Source: Phoronis australis
Lineage: Eukaryota > Animalia > Phoronida
Assembly (NCBI GenBank): GCA_002633005.1
Contig: NMRA01000005.1
Location: forward strand, 1,789,048-1,853,047
Direction of reading: 5' to 3'
DNA length: 64,000 nucleotides
The translations under genes were made by a program, and so were the position numbers. Under the pieces are notes generated by a model. The model was given only the letters and a program-made list of their open reading frames with translations. It ran no database searches and was not told the DNA's origin. Below, piece after piece: positions 28,301 to 49,165 of the stretch. Position 1 is the stretch's first letter. Every line of letters starts with the position of its first letter.

Positions 28301-31300
28301 TTTACTGGCAATTAACGTTATCACACAAGGCCCTCGATACCTCGAATTTAGAGCCAAACATGGGCTCCATTATCTTCTGAAATATATTCTAAGATCACAA
28401 GAAACTTCCCCCACCAGATCCATAAGGTACTTTTAACTCAAACAGTCCTCTGAATTGGTAGCGACCAGGACGATGATGTTTCCCCTCACCCGAAAAAATT
28501 TCAATCTAAGAAACCACAAACAAGTACTTTTAACCTCAGGTGAGCGAGGGCCTTGTCACAACGCACAAATTAAGATTGGAATCACACAGTTAAGATTGAG
28601 TTAATTCAGGAAAGAGATGAATAAAGTTAGGGCGGTTATGTTAAGGCACAACAGAACAACAGAGAGTCTTTACCTTCGTGTGGCAAATAATTACTCCCTA
28701 AAAGTAATGCAATGTCAACATCAAAGAAAATTACACAATTTGTAACACATTGTCAATCTGAATTGATTGTTAAACAATTTGTAACACATTGTCAATCTGA
28801 ATTGATTGTTAAACAATTTGTAACACATTGTCAATCTGAATTGATTGTTAAACAATTTGTAACACATTGTCAATCTGAATTGATTGTTAAACAATTTTGT
28901 AACACATTGTCAATCTGAATTGATTGTCAGACAAAGCAAAACAGTGAAATTACCTAAATTAAGAAAGAATTTTCCAACTAAAAACACAGACAACATTTCA
29001 TTGGTTTTAGACTGCCATTGTTTCAAAATATAATCCTTAATAAATTTAAAGCAATAATTAGGACAAAAGAAAATTGTCAACTTCAACGAATCAAGTTTGT
29101 GGCAGTGAATTAACCTGCTAACCACACTCCATTCAAGGTGAAATCATGTACAATTGGGAACACTAAATCTCCACATAACAAAACTTTCATTTCAAAATAG
29201 AGATTTTCAAAGATGGTACTAAAGCCCCTACAACCCACCTCCCATAGAAAACTAAGGAATTCTACCAATAAAGGCCAAAAATGCAGAGTTGTACAAGGTC
29301 TACATCCTAATTCAATTTAAAACAAGCGCTTCAGTCACTTCTTCAAAAAAAAGTGCTCAATACTGACATCATTTTCAGCAAAGCTCTATTTTTTACTTTT
29401 CAAAAGTCAAACAAATGCTTCCAAGCTATTTTGAAATGAAGTGACAAAGTAGTTAATTCTGTCACCATCGCTTCCTTAACGACTTAAATTGATCAAAATT
29501 AGGTAAAAACCACTGTCTGAAAGGAATTAGAATCCCCTGAGGAAGAAAAAACCAAAACACTTCATCTGACAGCGAGTGAATTTATGTTTTTCAAAATATC
29601 ATCAAGTACAAAGAATACCGCAGACCAGAACCAACAAAGATTTCTTGGCTTAACCAGTTTGATGATGTATGATAGTTGATATCAACAGCCGTGCTCAACA
29701 ATAATTGCCAAGACAACTCATCACCACACACAAACATTTAAATTTACCTTACTTGTGCTTGGTAATAATGGACCATTATAATTGTAAATTTACAAGGACT
29801 GGTTGTATCTACTCAGCTGAGTTCACAGTTGAGTGGTATGATCAGTAATTACAAACAAATTAACATGTCACGCAACAGAAGTTCATTATTATTGTAGCAT
29901 GCTGCATGAATGAACCAGTCCTGTTAATTTTTGTCAATGACAGTTATTGGCAACGGCCACACAGAGTTGAGAACTGGTATGATTTGTATAAATGTAAAGC
30001 AAAGCACATTCTATCCATTATTAATAGAATTACCCAGAAACAAACGCAAAATGGTAGACACAAAAAGAAGCAGGGCAGATTTCAGTCCCCCATCTGTCTG
30101 ACATGCAAATTTTCAAAATCTGACCACAAGACATGATCTTGATCTCAGGCAATGGATTTCGGCCACTGGGTTTTGAAGTCAACCCAGACATTTTGTGTGC
30201 AGCTACGGAATTTAGTTCCTTCACCTCACCCTTGAAAAGCATCCAAGAATACGTAGGTCATGGGCAGAACAGATCAAATAATAACATTAAGAGCGACATG
30301 CATCTCAAATTCAAAATACAGCAATCATATCACTAAATATAATTTATTCTTATTATCAGGCCAAACATAATAGCATAATTGGTTCAGGTCTGTTTTTTGT
30401 AAACTGGTATTTTTAGTTGCTCAGGATCCTTCTTTTTATCCAATATCTTGCCACCTTATAGACACAGGTTTCACAATGGCTCAGGCGCAGACCAGATCAA
30501 CACTTACACTATTTTTAGGCCCAACGCGCATACCTTTATGCCAGTGTGGAACAAGTGCTTAGTGCTTTAACAATATAACCTTATTCAGTCAAAAAGTTAA
30601 CAAAAGTTCGTCAACTTACCAGCTTTTTGAGGAGCATATCCTCGCTTGGGCTGTGGTCTACAAGGCAAAGATTATAAAACGTTTACTAGATGTAACTGTT
30701 TACTAACAGTGATCCCTTAGGAAATTATGTTTAGGAAAGATTCTCGAAGGAGCGAGTCCTCACTTCAAGGCAAAAATTGCAAAACATAATAACTAGATGC
30801 AACTGTCTACATTATAATGGTGCCCTGAGAAATTACACTAGGTAGGAGAAAATGCATTTGGAAGATTACCAAAGTTAGCTGAATGTTTATAAGAAAATTA
30901 GCAGAACAGCAACACACTGTTGGGAGGAGGGGCGTGGGCTCTTCAGGTATGCTACCACATAAGTAAGTATTGGGAAAAAGCCTCTGACATGAACACAGAA
31001 ATTCTTGAAATTCACATCCATTCCCACACCAGACTCAAAAATGTGACCCATTTCAAGACCTGACTCAATAGGAATGGAGTGATGTCATCAGTGCAGTGTT
31101 CATTCAACGAGGAAGGTCAAGAACAACTCTGACAGACTTTTGTAAAAAAAACACATAGAGATACTTTGATAAAGTAAAAAAATACTTCTAACCAAATGAA
31201 CTGGTCAAAAATAAATATACATATCGATAAAAAATTACCAAATCCACTTCAATACCAAGGTTGAAAAAAACACCACAGAATCCAGTGGGAAAACATGTCA

Positions 31301-34300
31301 CCCATTCATGACATGAAGGAACCCTCGCGGATGCTTTTTAACTTCTGGTAACACATGTCTTTGATAAGATTGCTTAAATAATAAATTTGGACATCAAGGG
31401 ATCTGCGGCAGACAAAATCTACAAGAAATATAGGAATATAGGAGCTTCATTTTAATAACTTACAACGATTCAAAGTTTCATTTAAATTGTTCTATGAAAA
31501 ACCAAAAATGCCACAATGGGGTACAGTGATAGGTGTTTGAAAGCTGGTGAGTGCACTCCTCTCCTCAATAACAATTTGTTACAATTAGCTTTCCATGCTC
31601 TCTATAAAAGGAACACACCTTCCGCAGTTTGTGAGAGTATTTCATGCAAGTTGTTAAAAAGACAGAAATTAGACACCGAACCAAAGATGATAGCAAGACA
31701 AACACAAACATTATGCTGTTAAATCCATTGCAACGTTGCTACAAAACAGCTGTGGCCTGAATATCAGTACTTACTGGAAACAGTTTTCTTTGTAGATACT
31801 TCTCCATATTCTATGAGCAGACGGACCCACATAACCGGTGTACCGCTCTGGATTCAACAATAAGTCTACATACTGAAGCTCCTGAGACAGGTCATCTAAG
31901 GGTAGAGATGTAGACTAAATGAAGAACCACATATAGCAAAGAAATGACCAAAAATCATGAATTTTAACCTAGACTAAAACAATAAAAAAACTCAAATTTG
32001 CAAAGGTCAGCTTAAAAAAGAAGGTTAGAGTTATGTGTTTCAAAGTAGATAGACTTCAAATCTTCCAATATTCAAAAATGACAAATCACATTAAAATACA
32101 AAGCAAAGATCAGTTAACATTTTCCACCGTCTTATTCAAAAACCTGAGCCAAAAGACTAACACCACTGACATATTTGGATGTAGTTGGTATAGGTATGTC
32201 ATTTAGTATTGTTATTATTACTCCACTAAAAACAATAGTTTTTCCAGCTGAATGAAGAACCAAATACCATCTATCAGAGCTATGAAAACAAACGGCGAAT
32301 TTTTAATAATAGTCTCTGATGTTGCAATTACATAATACATATTAAGCAATTTGTGCGCATTTGGTATGAACGTGTATGCTTACGTATGAACCTCAAAATT
32401 ATTACATGTAGCAAGTTTTTCATTATAATACTGCATTTTCATAATTGTTTGTATTTAGTAAGTGTTAGCACATTCAATAAATATTAAACTGCAAAAAATG
32501 ACAAGCAAAAATAAAAATTAAAGTGACAAAGCAAAAATTGATCGAATCTGTTAAAAAGAAATTTATATGGTACATATTATATCGATCAAATGTCACCAAG
32601 ATCTTTTCAAAATGTCAAGGGAAGTAAAGACTTTCCTGCCATTTTAAGGTTACACGATATCTTTGATAGAAAGAGCAAAAATTCTAAATTCTGATGTGTA
32701 ATGTAGCAACATGCCAAAAACAGTACACAAAACTCGCAAGAACGGAGAGAATAATTAAATAAATTCAAACAAAATAGAGCAAGCACAACTAGGATATCTT
32801 TGAATATGGCTAAAATCACGACATACCATCTAGTTCACAGAAGTTGTTCTGGGCATTGTCATACTTGGTCCAGTTAGCAAAGGCTTCACGACTAGCATCA
32901 CTGTAAAGAAAATCAATAAATCGTTACGTCACAGGCATGTCAAAATCCGCAACAGAAACTTGAAGAAAAAATACAAGGTTATTGCAAAAGTGTGTAGCTC
33001 AGTGTTGGACTGTTTCGAGTTTCTGCCACATGACGTGTAAGCCCACAAAGCTGGGAATGTACTTCTAGTTTACGGTTCGTAGTTGTTTTGTAATAAAGCA
33101 CTTTGAAATATTGATAAAATAATATGTAAATAATAAATGTCAAGATTTAGTAATAGCAATTCAAAATAAACTAAAATAAACAATGAGAGAGAGAGACAGA
33201 TAGTACGTATATTAACTTATATAACAAGTTAGTGAAATACAATAAAGAAAAAACACATTTGGATATATATGTATATAAGCCGGAGATCCTCGAAGGCAAA
33301 AGGTGCTTCCGAGTGGACCACCATAAAATAAAATATAATACAACATAAAACAAGGAATAGAAAAAATGGGACAGTAATTATTTACTATTCATACATTTGA
33401 CATTCAATTAGAACACTGAAATAAGAAATTAAAAGTATATTAAATAATAAATAAACAAATATATAAACAAACCTGACACCTTACTAAAAATAAATAAAGT
33501 GGTGGTGACTTTAAATCTAAAAGTACGATTTAGAAGCAATTTTTCAAAACAAAGCTGTCAACAATTACCTAATTGTTGTATCTAAGTCACCAAGAGGATT
33601 GCGCTCATCATTACAGGATCCTTCTTCATTGGCCTCTTTGGAATACTAAAATACAATACAATAAAATACAATACAATGAAATACAATAAAATGTAAAACA
33701 ATACATAGAAAATTAAAAATCAATACAATGATATGACACTGCACTCATACAACATAAGCCCAAAATAACAAGTTATGATATATAATTGACAAAGACTATA
33801 CCCCAGGTTGGCATTTTCAATTGCAAACTCGTCATTTTCTCTACAAAAAGATGCTTGCTGTAATATGAACTCATTGCTAAGGAGAAGCACTTTATTATAA
33901 ATACCTTATTTTGTTTCTTATTGCTGTTGTTCTTTTTCCCATTTATTTCTTCTTTGAGTCCATTGGGAAGTTGTTCCTTGAGATCAAAATGAAATTATTA
34001 CGATGAATGTCAATAACAGAACAAACAATAAACAAATTACAGCTGATCATAAATAAAACGATTCAGAATTTGAAGGTCGAGCAATTCATTATGAACACAC
34101 AACTACTTGATTCAGTTTGTATCAGTCAGCTAATACTGACATACCTGACTACATGTTTTCACATGGCAATCTCGTAATGCACACTTGCTATCATCAATCC
34201 AAAAGGGGCACTCTCTCTTTAAATTGACCTGTAAAATTCAATTATTAAAAGTAACCGGAGACAATGCTAAAATACCATTTCCACGATACCGTCAAAACTT

Positions 34301-36814
34301 TTATACCATGGTAAAATCTCACCACTGTTTGATGAGCAGTATGGAGACAGGTGCAATTTTATGATTTCTTATGTTTTCATAAATAAGGAGCACTAATTCA
34401 ATGTTCTGTCATTTTCAAACTCTGTACTATAACGTAAAATTGGACATCCAAAAAGTGAAAAAACGTTACATTAAATGCCTGCTATGGGCATTCTTCCCTT
34501 ATTTTGCACAAAACAAAAAATGTCAATATTGTCATTTTCCATAATTCAAAGGTTAGTTACTTTGCTCCAAATAATGGAAACTTCATCCACTGTAGTTTTA
34601 TGACGTCTACTGGACTAAAATTTCTTAACAGAAAATGACGGCATATTTGAGTATTCCTGCACTTGGGCACGTAAAACCTGGTAAATTTTCTGCTCATATT
34701 TTACTGTTTCACTACTTTCAACCATTTACTCGCTTTTGTCAAGTCTGACTTAATTTTTATCTTTGTGGAGAATTTTGACTAAATAGCACGTCACTTATCG
34801 ACCATAGTGTTTGCTATAAAAGTGTAGAACTACGGTAACTGACAGTCTCACAGAACATTCAGTGAACGTACCATCCAGTATCTAAAAAAGTCCTTGTTAA
34901 GTAGGCTCTTTAACCTTGGAAATACTTTTAAATTGTTGAAAGTATCAACATTTTCCACTTTACACGAGCAATCATCAACTTCTCCTTTTAGCTGAAAAAA
35001 AAAGTTAACCTAAGATGAAGTACTCAAGAATATAAAATAATGCGGACATTCAGACTTTACTTGTAATCCAGGGCAAAGAATGGTGAAGATATTTGTAAAC
35101 ATGCCTTGGACTTCTGTTAAAAAATAGATCACTTTTGATTTTGGCCATTTCGTGTTATGACACTGGTGTTTTTTAAAATACCAGTTTCATCTAAATAAGA
35201 AGCAACTTAAAAGGGTTTCTCACTCACACGAGATTTATGTGCAGTATAAAGCATACTAGTACTTCTGCAACAAAATGTCATTAGTGTCAAGGGTCGCTTT
35301 GCAGGAGGCTGAGTTGCTCCAAAACTATAGGCAATTTCACTAGCACTTTTGTAGCCAGACCACTTACTTCAAAAGACACACATAGCGATGCACAGTCAGC
35401 AGAAAAATCTACCTCGCAAAAGCAGTTGAGAATTAGTAGCCAGCCAGCTAGCTATATGAAAACTATCGTCAAAATACAGCTAGGTACCACTAATCTATGT
35501 GTTGAGCTCCAACAGACCTTGAAATTGCATACAGCCCGGGTAGTTCTGCTCATCACCTTGCCGTTAAACTTATATCAACATGTAGAGCTAAAGACCGGCA
35601 GGGGTGCATGCAAAATTTGGGAGTCAACCAACACTCACCTTGCTTGTTACAGCCAATTAAGTGAAAAACAATGTAANTGAAAATTCAACAAAGAAAATGA
35701 CGTATGCCCAGAAGAATTTACGGTCTACGTCATCAATAATGTGGTTCCCTGTTTTCTTGGTTTCTGGAGGAGAGAGAGCTGAAATACTATAGCCACCGTG
35801 AGACAATGGCTGTCTTATCGATAATCGCCATTACGCAATATCTGGGAAAAGCCAATCAGCGTTTAGACAAGACTTTGTCACGTCCCTATCGTGACACACA
35901 CCATTTCCTATTTTTTTGCGAAATCTCTCGGGAGAAGATGACAGCTTCACAGCAGCAAAATTTGTTCTGAAATTCGGTTTGTTGCTATCAAAATTCTAAG
36001 AACTTATAAAGTCGTGAAACTAATTCTGATAACTTGTTGTGACGTGTATGCAACCTCGTGAAAGAACATCAGTTGATTGAAGAATCGGCGAAAAAAGAAA
36101 CTCAGGTGACGCAGTATTTCATGGCACCGAAAGCCGACGCAACAGAATTCCCCCCAATTTTAGCAGCAGAATAATGGCAGAAAGCCAATTTTTCCAACAC
36201 GGGTAAATAATTTAGTTTACTCAAGGAAGAGCGAAGTTTTTAATGACAGTAATTTTATGTCAGATTTTATCTGGTTAGTTTTTCACCCACATCGGTGCAA
36301 AGCTGTATACAGCTTTGCGCCAAGGCTAAGGAATTAGCAGACTTGGCACCTGCAATAGGGGGTCTCTCAGCAATTTTTGGTACACAACTGCGTGCACCTT
36401 TTCAATATGAGTGACCCCACCTGGGCTTTAAACAACTATACAAGAACACAATTGACAATTGTTAAGGCGTTATACGTAAAAAATACACAATTGTCTATGC
36501 CGCTGTCAGTATGTAATTTCATGATCATGACCTACAAAACTGAACATGTCAATGAGCTGGGGTGACATGATGTACGAATAACGCCTGACTGACTGCACGT
36601 CGCCACATCTTGACAACACGTCACTAGTGTAAAACTCATCTGGACTCCCGTCTGCAAACTCATTGACTGATTGGTTACTCTCGGTAACTGAATTCATCGT
36701 TTAGTTTACCATTACCTTGCAAAAACAACGCTCCGCAACATTGCCGGAGTACGAACCAAAGCCAGGTACAATGAAGAAGACGGTAAGAACCACGGAAACT
36801 TGGATAAGTGTCAT
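13351..36814 (-). CDS. ERO1: ER oxidoreductin 1 (ERO1-like), about 461 aa (478 with microexons); exons 36814-36716, 34991-34872, 34228-34145, 33976-33905, 33645-33569, 32900-32827, 31895-31775, 30657-30620, [microexons], 22683-22591 (or 18823-18731), 21733-21561 (or 17656-17484), 16758-16682, 16221-16152, 15274-15188, 14722-14583, 13411-13351
   Basis: The protein starts with a signal peptide ([20 protein letters not shown]). It carries the hallmark motifs [35 protein letters not shown] (outer active site), [55 protein letters not shown] (inner CxxCxxC) and [11 protein letters not shown]...[13 protein letters not shown]. All junctions are GT-AG and phase-consistent. Confidence 0.95.
13417..14030. 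repeat. Degenerate minisatellite (about 30-bp unit, core CACAATATCAGAT) in the last ERO1 intron
   Basis: About 15-20 diverged copies of (C)ACAATATCAGATGGTATGTAGAG-like units. Confidence 0.75.
15794..16068. mobile_element. MITE with imperfect TIRs (GGG-start, PIF/Harbinger-like)
   Basis: GGGGTCCGTTTCATGAAAAGTGAC at the left end pairs with GTCATTTTCATAAAATAAATACCC at the right end. Related termini occur near 26388 and 56373-56397. Confidence 0.5.
17357..20308. repeat. Copy A of a 2.8-3 kb duplication carrying two ERO1 exons (18823-18731, 17656-17484)
   Basis: It is near-identical to 21421-24163, with scattered SNPs and an indel of about 200 bp. It ends exactly at the N gap (20309-20472). Confidence 0.92.
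20309..20472. other. Assembly gap (run of N)
   Basis: Run of 164 N bases. Confidence 1.
20585..20920 (+). mobile_element. tRNA-derived SINE-like element
   Basis: A-box-like GTAGCTCAGTG and B-box-like GGTTCAAG are followed by GTTGTGCCCTTGATCAAAGCACT, which resembles the GTGTCCTTGAGCAAGGCACTT motif common in metazoan SINE bodies. Confidence 0.45.
21002..21164 (+). CDS. Orphan exon encoding the N-terminal half of a C-type lectin domain
   Basis: The exon is bounded by TTTCCCTGTAG| and |GTAAGA. It encodes [53 protein letters not shown], fitting the CTLD pattern CPxxW...CY...F..A...C....LV....E. No partner exons were found. Confidence 0.7.
21421..24163. repeat. Copy B of the ERO1 internal duplication (exons 22683-22591, 21733-21561)
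   Basis: It matches 17357-20308. One visible coding difference is KQVWGHN in copy B versus KQDWGHN in copy A. Confidence 0.92.
24540..24551 (-). CDS. Candidate 12-nt ERO1 microexon, (G)ALE(G)
   Basis: ccttatttcctttacctcttaaaaag|GTGCATTAGAAG|gtaatt; phase 1-1. It yields LEG-MC, like vertebrate WLEG-LC. Confidence 0.5.
25584..25598 (-). CDS. Candidate 15-nt ERO1 microexon, (G)SGIE(G)
   Basis: ctaatttatcattttattgtttatgctgttttag|GCTCTGGGATAGAAG|gtaata; it has a branch-point-like CTAAT, a UGC motif and phase 1-1. Confidence 0.6.
28674..28697 (-). CDS. Candidate 24-nt ERO1 microexon, (G)SNYLPHE(G)
   Basis: tgacattgcattacttttag|GGAGTAATTATTTGCCACACGAAG|gtaaag; it has a UGC motif, phase 1-1 and no stop codon. 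Confidence 0.55.
28733..28928. repeat. 39-bp minisatellite, about 5 near-perfect copies
   Basis: The unit is ACAATTTGTAACACATTGTCAATCTGAATTGATTGTTAA. It explains the repetitive spurious ORF 28712-28918. Confidence 0.95.
33647..33730. repeat. (AATAC/AATAA)n microsatellite adjoining an ERO1 acceptor
   Basis: AATACAATACAATAAAATACAATACAATGAAATACAATAAAA... Confidence 0.7.
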
Positions 36815-36822
36815 GTTTTCAT
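36811..36822 (-). promoter_or_regulatory. 3-codon uORF (M-K-T-stop) overlapping the ERO1 start codon
   Basis: The minus strand reads aaacc ATG AAA ACA TGA. The TGA overlaps the main ATG (ATGA, 36814-36811). Confidence 0.55.
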
Positions 36823-37203
36823 GGTTTGCTTTGGTCTCCTGCCACCAATCTCTGGAGTTCTATGTAACCTAACAACGACTTTAGGGAAGACGTAGCGATC
36901 CTAAATAAGTCCAAATATAGCAGTTTATTTTCGTCTAATGTATCAGTAAGTGAGTTGAACGTGGAATTTTTTCATTCTAATTAATACATGAAAGCTATAA
37001 TGAAATATAATTAATGTTAGTTTTCCAATTTAATACTGTGTTAATGTATATATTCATGCGCTATGGAACTATACGTGGCATGAATTCATGGAATGTGATC
37101 GAAAACGAGGCAAAGGGATTCCCCTCGTTCTCATATTTTAAAACTACTGGAAACGAAGTGGGACAAGAAAGTTGAGCACCCGTAGATATCCTTGTTATGC
37201 AAT
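36823..37203. promoter_or_regulatory. Compact divergent promoter region shared by ERO1 and NDUFAF7
   Basis: Only about 390 bp separate the two opposite start codons (36814 minus, 37204 plus). Confidence 0.65.
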
Positions 37204-46816
<9,613 letters not shown>

Positions 46817-47534
46817 TTTATCAATGAAACCACTAGTAAGTGCACTCATTAAATTTTTTGGAACAAGGCTGTAGGAAGACGAAGAGACTGGATGCGATGC
46901 GTGGCCCTGAATAGTTTGCTATTTAAGAAAAAAATTGGAAAAATTGGTTTGCAACTTGATGGCAAAGTGCTGCTGAATTGGAGTAATACAGGAGGGTGGT
47001 CAAATTAGCAGGGTCTTGTGCACAGAAATCATGAATTTATCAGGGTGTGAAAATGGTGATGATCGGGAATTTGTGTCAGTTTGTGATGATAGTGATGATG
47101 TCCAGTTTCTACCTTCCTACACGTCTATGTTCCCATGTCTCAGTTGTTGTTTCTGCTATTACTAGATAGCAAATAGCGTTTTATCTTGGTTAGCTGTGAC
47201 TCACTTAATTTCCAATGCATTGATATAAGGGCTGTTCATCATTATGAATTAGAGACACAATCCAAAGCTGATATTTTCTTTATAATTGAGTACTTTCAAA
47301 AATGTGGTTATTATTGATATTTTTTCCCTGTGAAAATTACTATCATCAAGGCTTTGTAAACCCATGTCCCATTCCACAGATATGCTGTATGAGGACATTC
47401 CAAATGAATGTTGTCCTCAAAACAAACATGATTTACACCTTCCATTGTTTTTAATTGGCTTTGTAAATTTTTACAATACTGCAGATTTCCTAGGACCGTT
47501 TCACAACTGGTGCTTTCCTATCCATGTTTTACTG

Positions 47535-49165
47535 TTTTTTTATGCGCCCACAAATTATATGTGGATGCATTATGCCATCATCTCCGTCCGTCCGTCTGGC
47601 GTCCGCTGCTCTGTCTCCAAAACGCCTTGACGTATGTTCATGAAATTTTGCACATGTGTTTTTTCCATGGATGGGACAACATGAGTGAACTTTCGGACAG
47701 ATCCGACTACTGGTGTGGCACCTAGTGGCAATTTTAGTTTTTTTACGTTTACCTCTGTATCTTCAAAAGTCCTGAACAGATTTTCATAAAATTTGGTATA
47801 TAGGCACCTATTAGTGAGATGACGCTATCCGCCCGTTTTCGGATGGATTTGACATAGTTTGTGCCACCTAGTGGCCATTTTTACTGTTTTCGAGTCTGTT
47901 TTTTTGTGTCCACCCCTCCATCAACCAAACCGCTCAAAGGATGATTTTGAAAACTGGCATGTATCATCCTACCATGAAGTGGACGGCTGACGATGATTTT
48001 TCAAAGACTTCGACTACTGTGGGGCCTCCTAGTGGCAGTTTTGTTTTTTTGCGCCTATGACTGTATCTTCTAAACCGTTCACAGGATCTTTACTGAATGT
48101 AGCAAGTCTATTTATATGATGTTAACGACAGAGGACGACGACCTTCGGACAGATCTGACTGCTGGTGTGTCACCTAGTGGCAATTTTATTTTTTTTACGT
48201 TTACCTTAGTATGTTCAAAGTTTGTCAGCGTATTTACATAAAATTTGGCATACAGGCATCTGTTAATGAGATGACACTATCTCTCCGTTTTCAGATGGAT
48301 TCGACCTAGTTTGCACCACCTAGTGGCCATTTTTACTGTTCTCGAGTTTGTTTTTGGCGTCCACTAATCTCTCAACGAAACTGCTTTCAGGATAATTGTG
48401 AAAATTGGCATGTATGTTTTTACTATGAAGTGGATGGCTGACGATGATTTTCTGACAACTTCGACTACTGTGGCATGTCCTAGTGGTAGTTTTGTTTATT
48501 TTTGCGCACATGACTGAATTTCCTATACCGTTTATAGGATCTTTATTTAATTTAGCAAGGGTATTTATATGATGTTGACAACGGACGACGACTTCAAAGG
48601 TCCTCAACAGATTTTCATGAAGTTTTGAATATAGGTATCTATTGATGAGATGACGCTATCCTTCTGTTTTTAGATGGAATCGAGGTATTTTACGCCATCT
48701 AGTGGCCATTTTAGCTTTTTTCAAATCTTGTTTTTGGCGTCCACCCCTCTATCAATCAAATCATTCTAGAGATGGTTTTGAAAATTGGCATATGTGTTTT
48801 CAGTGTGAAGAGGACGTTTGATGATGGCGAGTGACTACTGTGGCACTTCCTGGTGGTAGTTTTGTTTTGTTTTGCACCCATAGCTATATCTCCTAAACCC
48901 ACAACAGGATCTTTATTAAATTTAGTAAGTGAATTAACATGAAGATAACAGACGACGACTTTCAGGTGGATCAAAGGGACGCTGTACCCACAAGTGAAAA
49001 TTTATTCTGTTTTCTTTTGTTTCTGTGAAGTTCCCGTTTTTGGATGGAGTGTACGATTTTGCACCATCTAGTGGCCATTTTTATGATACAAATATATAAC
49101 CCTAAAAGCACACCATCTGCGATGCATTCGTGGGCACATTTCAACGCTCTGCGTCGCTCTTGTTT
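47535..49165 (+). mobile_element. Non-autonomous Helentron/DINE-like element with internal tandem repeats
   Basis: It has a T-rich start, subterminal inverted repeats ATGCGCCCACAAA (47542) and TTCGTGGGCACAT (49127-49139), a short 5' hairpin and a (CCGT)n microsatellite at 47584. About ten subunits of roughly 150 bp are marked by CCTAGTGGC, and a small hairpin lies at the 3' end. Confidence 0.7.

Noticed and set aside
28341-28376. 36-nt AG/GT-bounded segment in the ERO1 microexon intron reading (E)DNGAHVWL-stop, faintly like vertebrate GEDDGESFYTWLEG
   Set aside because: It has an in-frame TAA in the required phase and a weak donor (GTATCG). It could be a dead or poison exon, but chance is equally likely.
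28712-28918. Repetitive ORF ([13 protein letters not shown])n
   Set aside because: It is a by-product of the 39-bp minisatellite. The units have no spacers, so it is not a CRISPR array either.
30534-30557. 24-nt in-frame candidate microexon (ALVPHWHK)
   Set aside because: The acceptor is purine-rich and it would need an intron of only about 60 nt; there is no other support.
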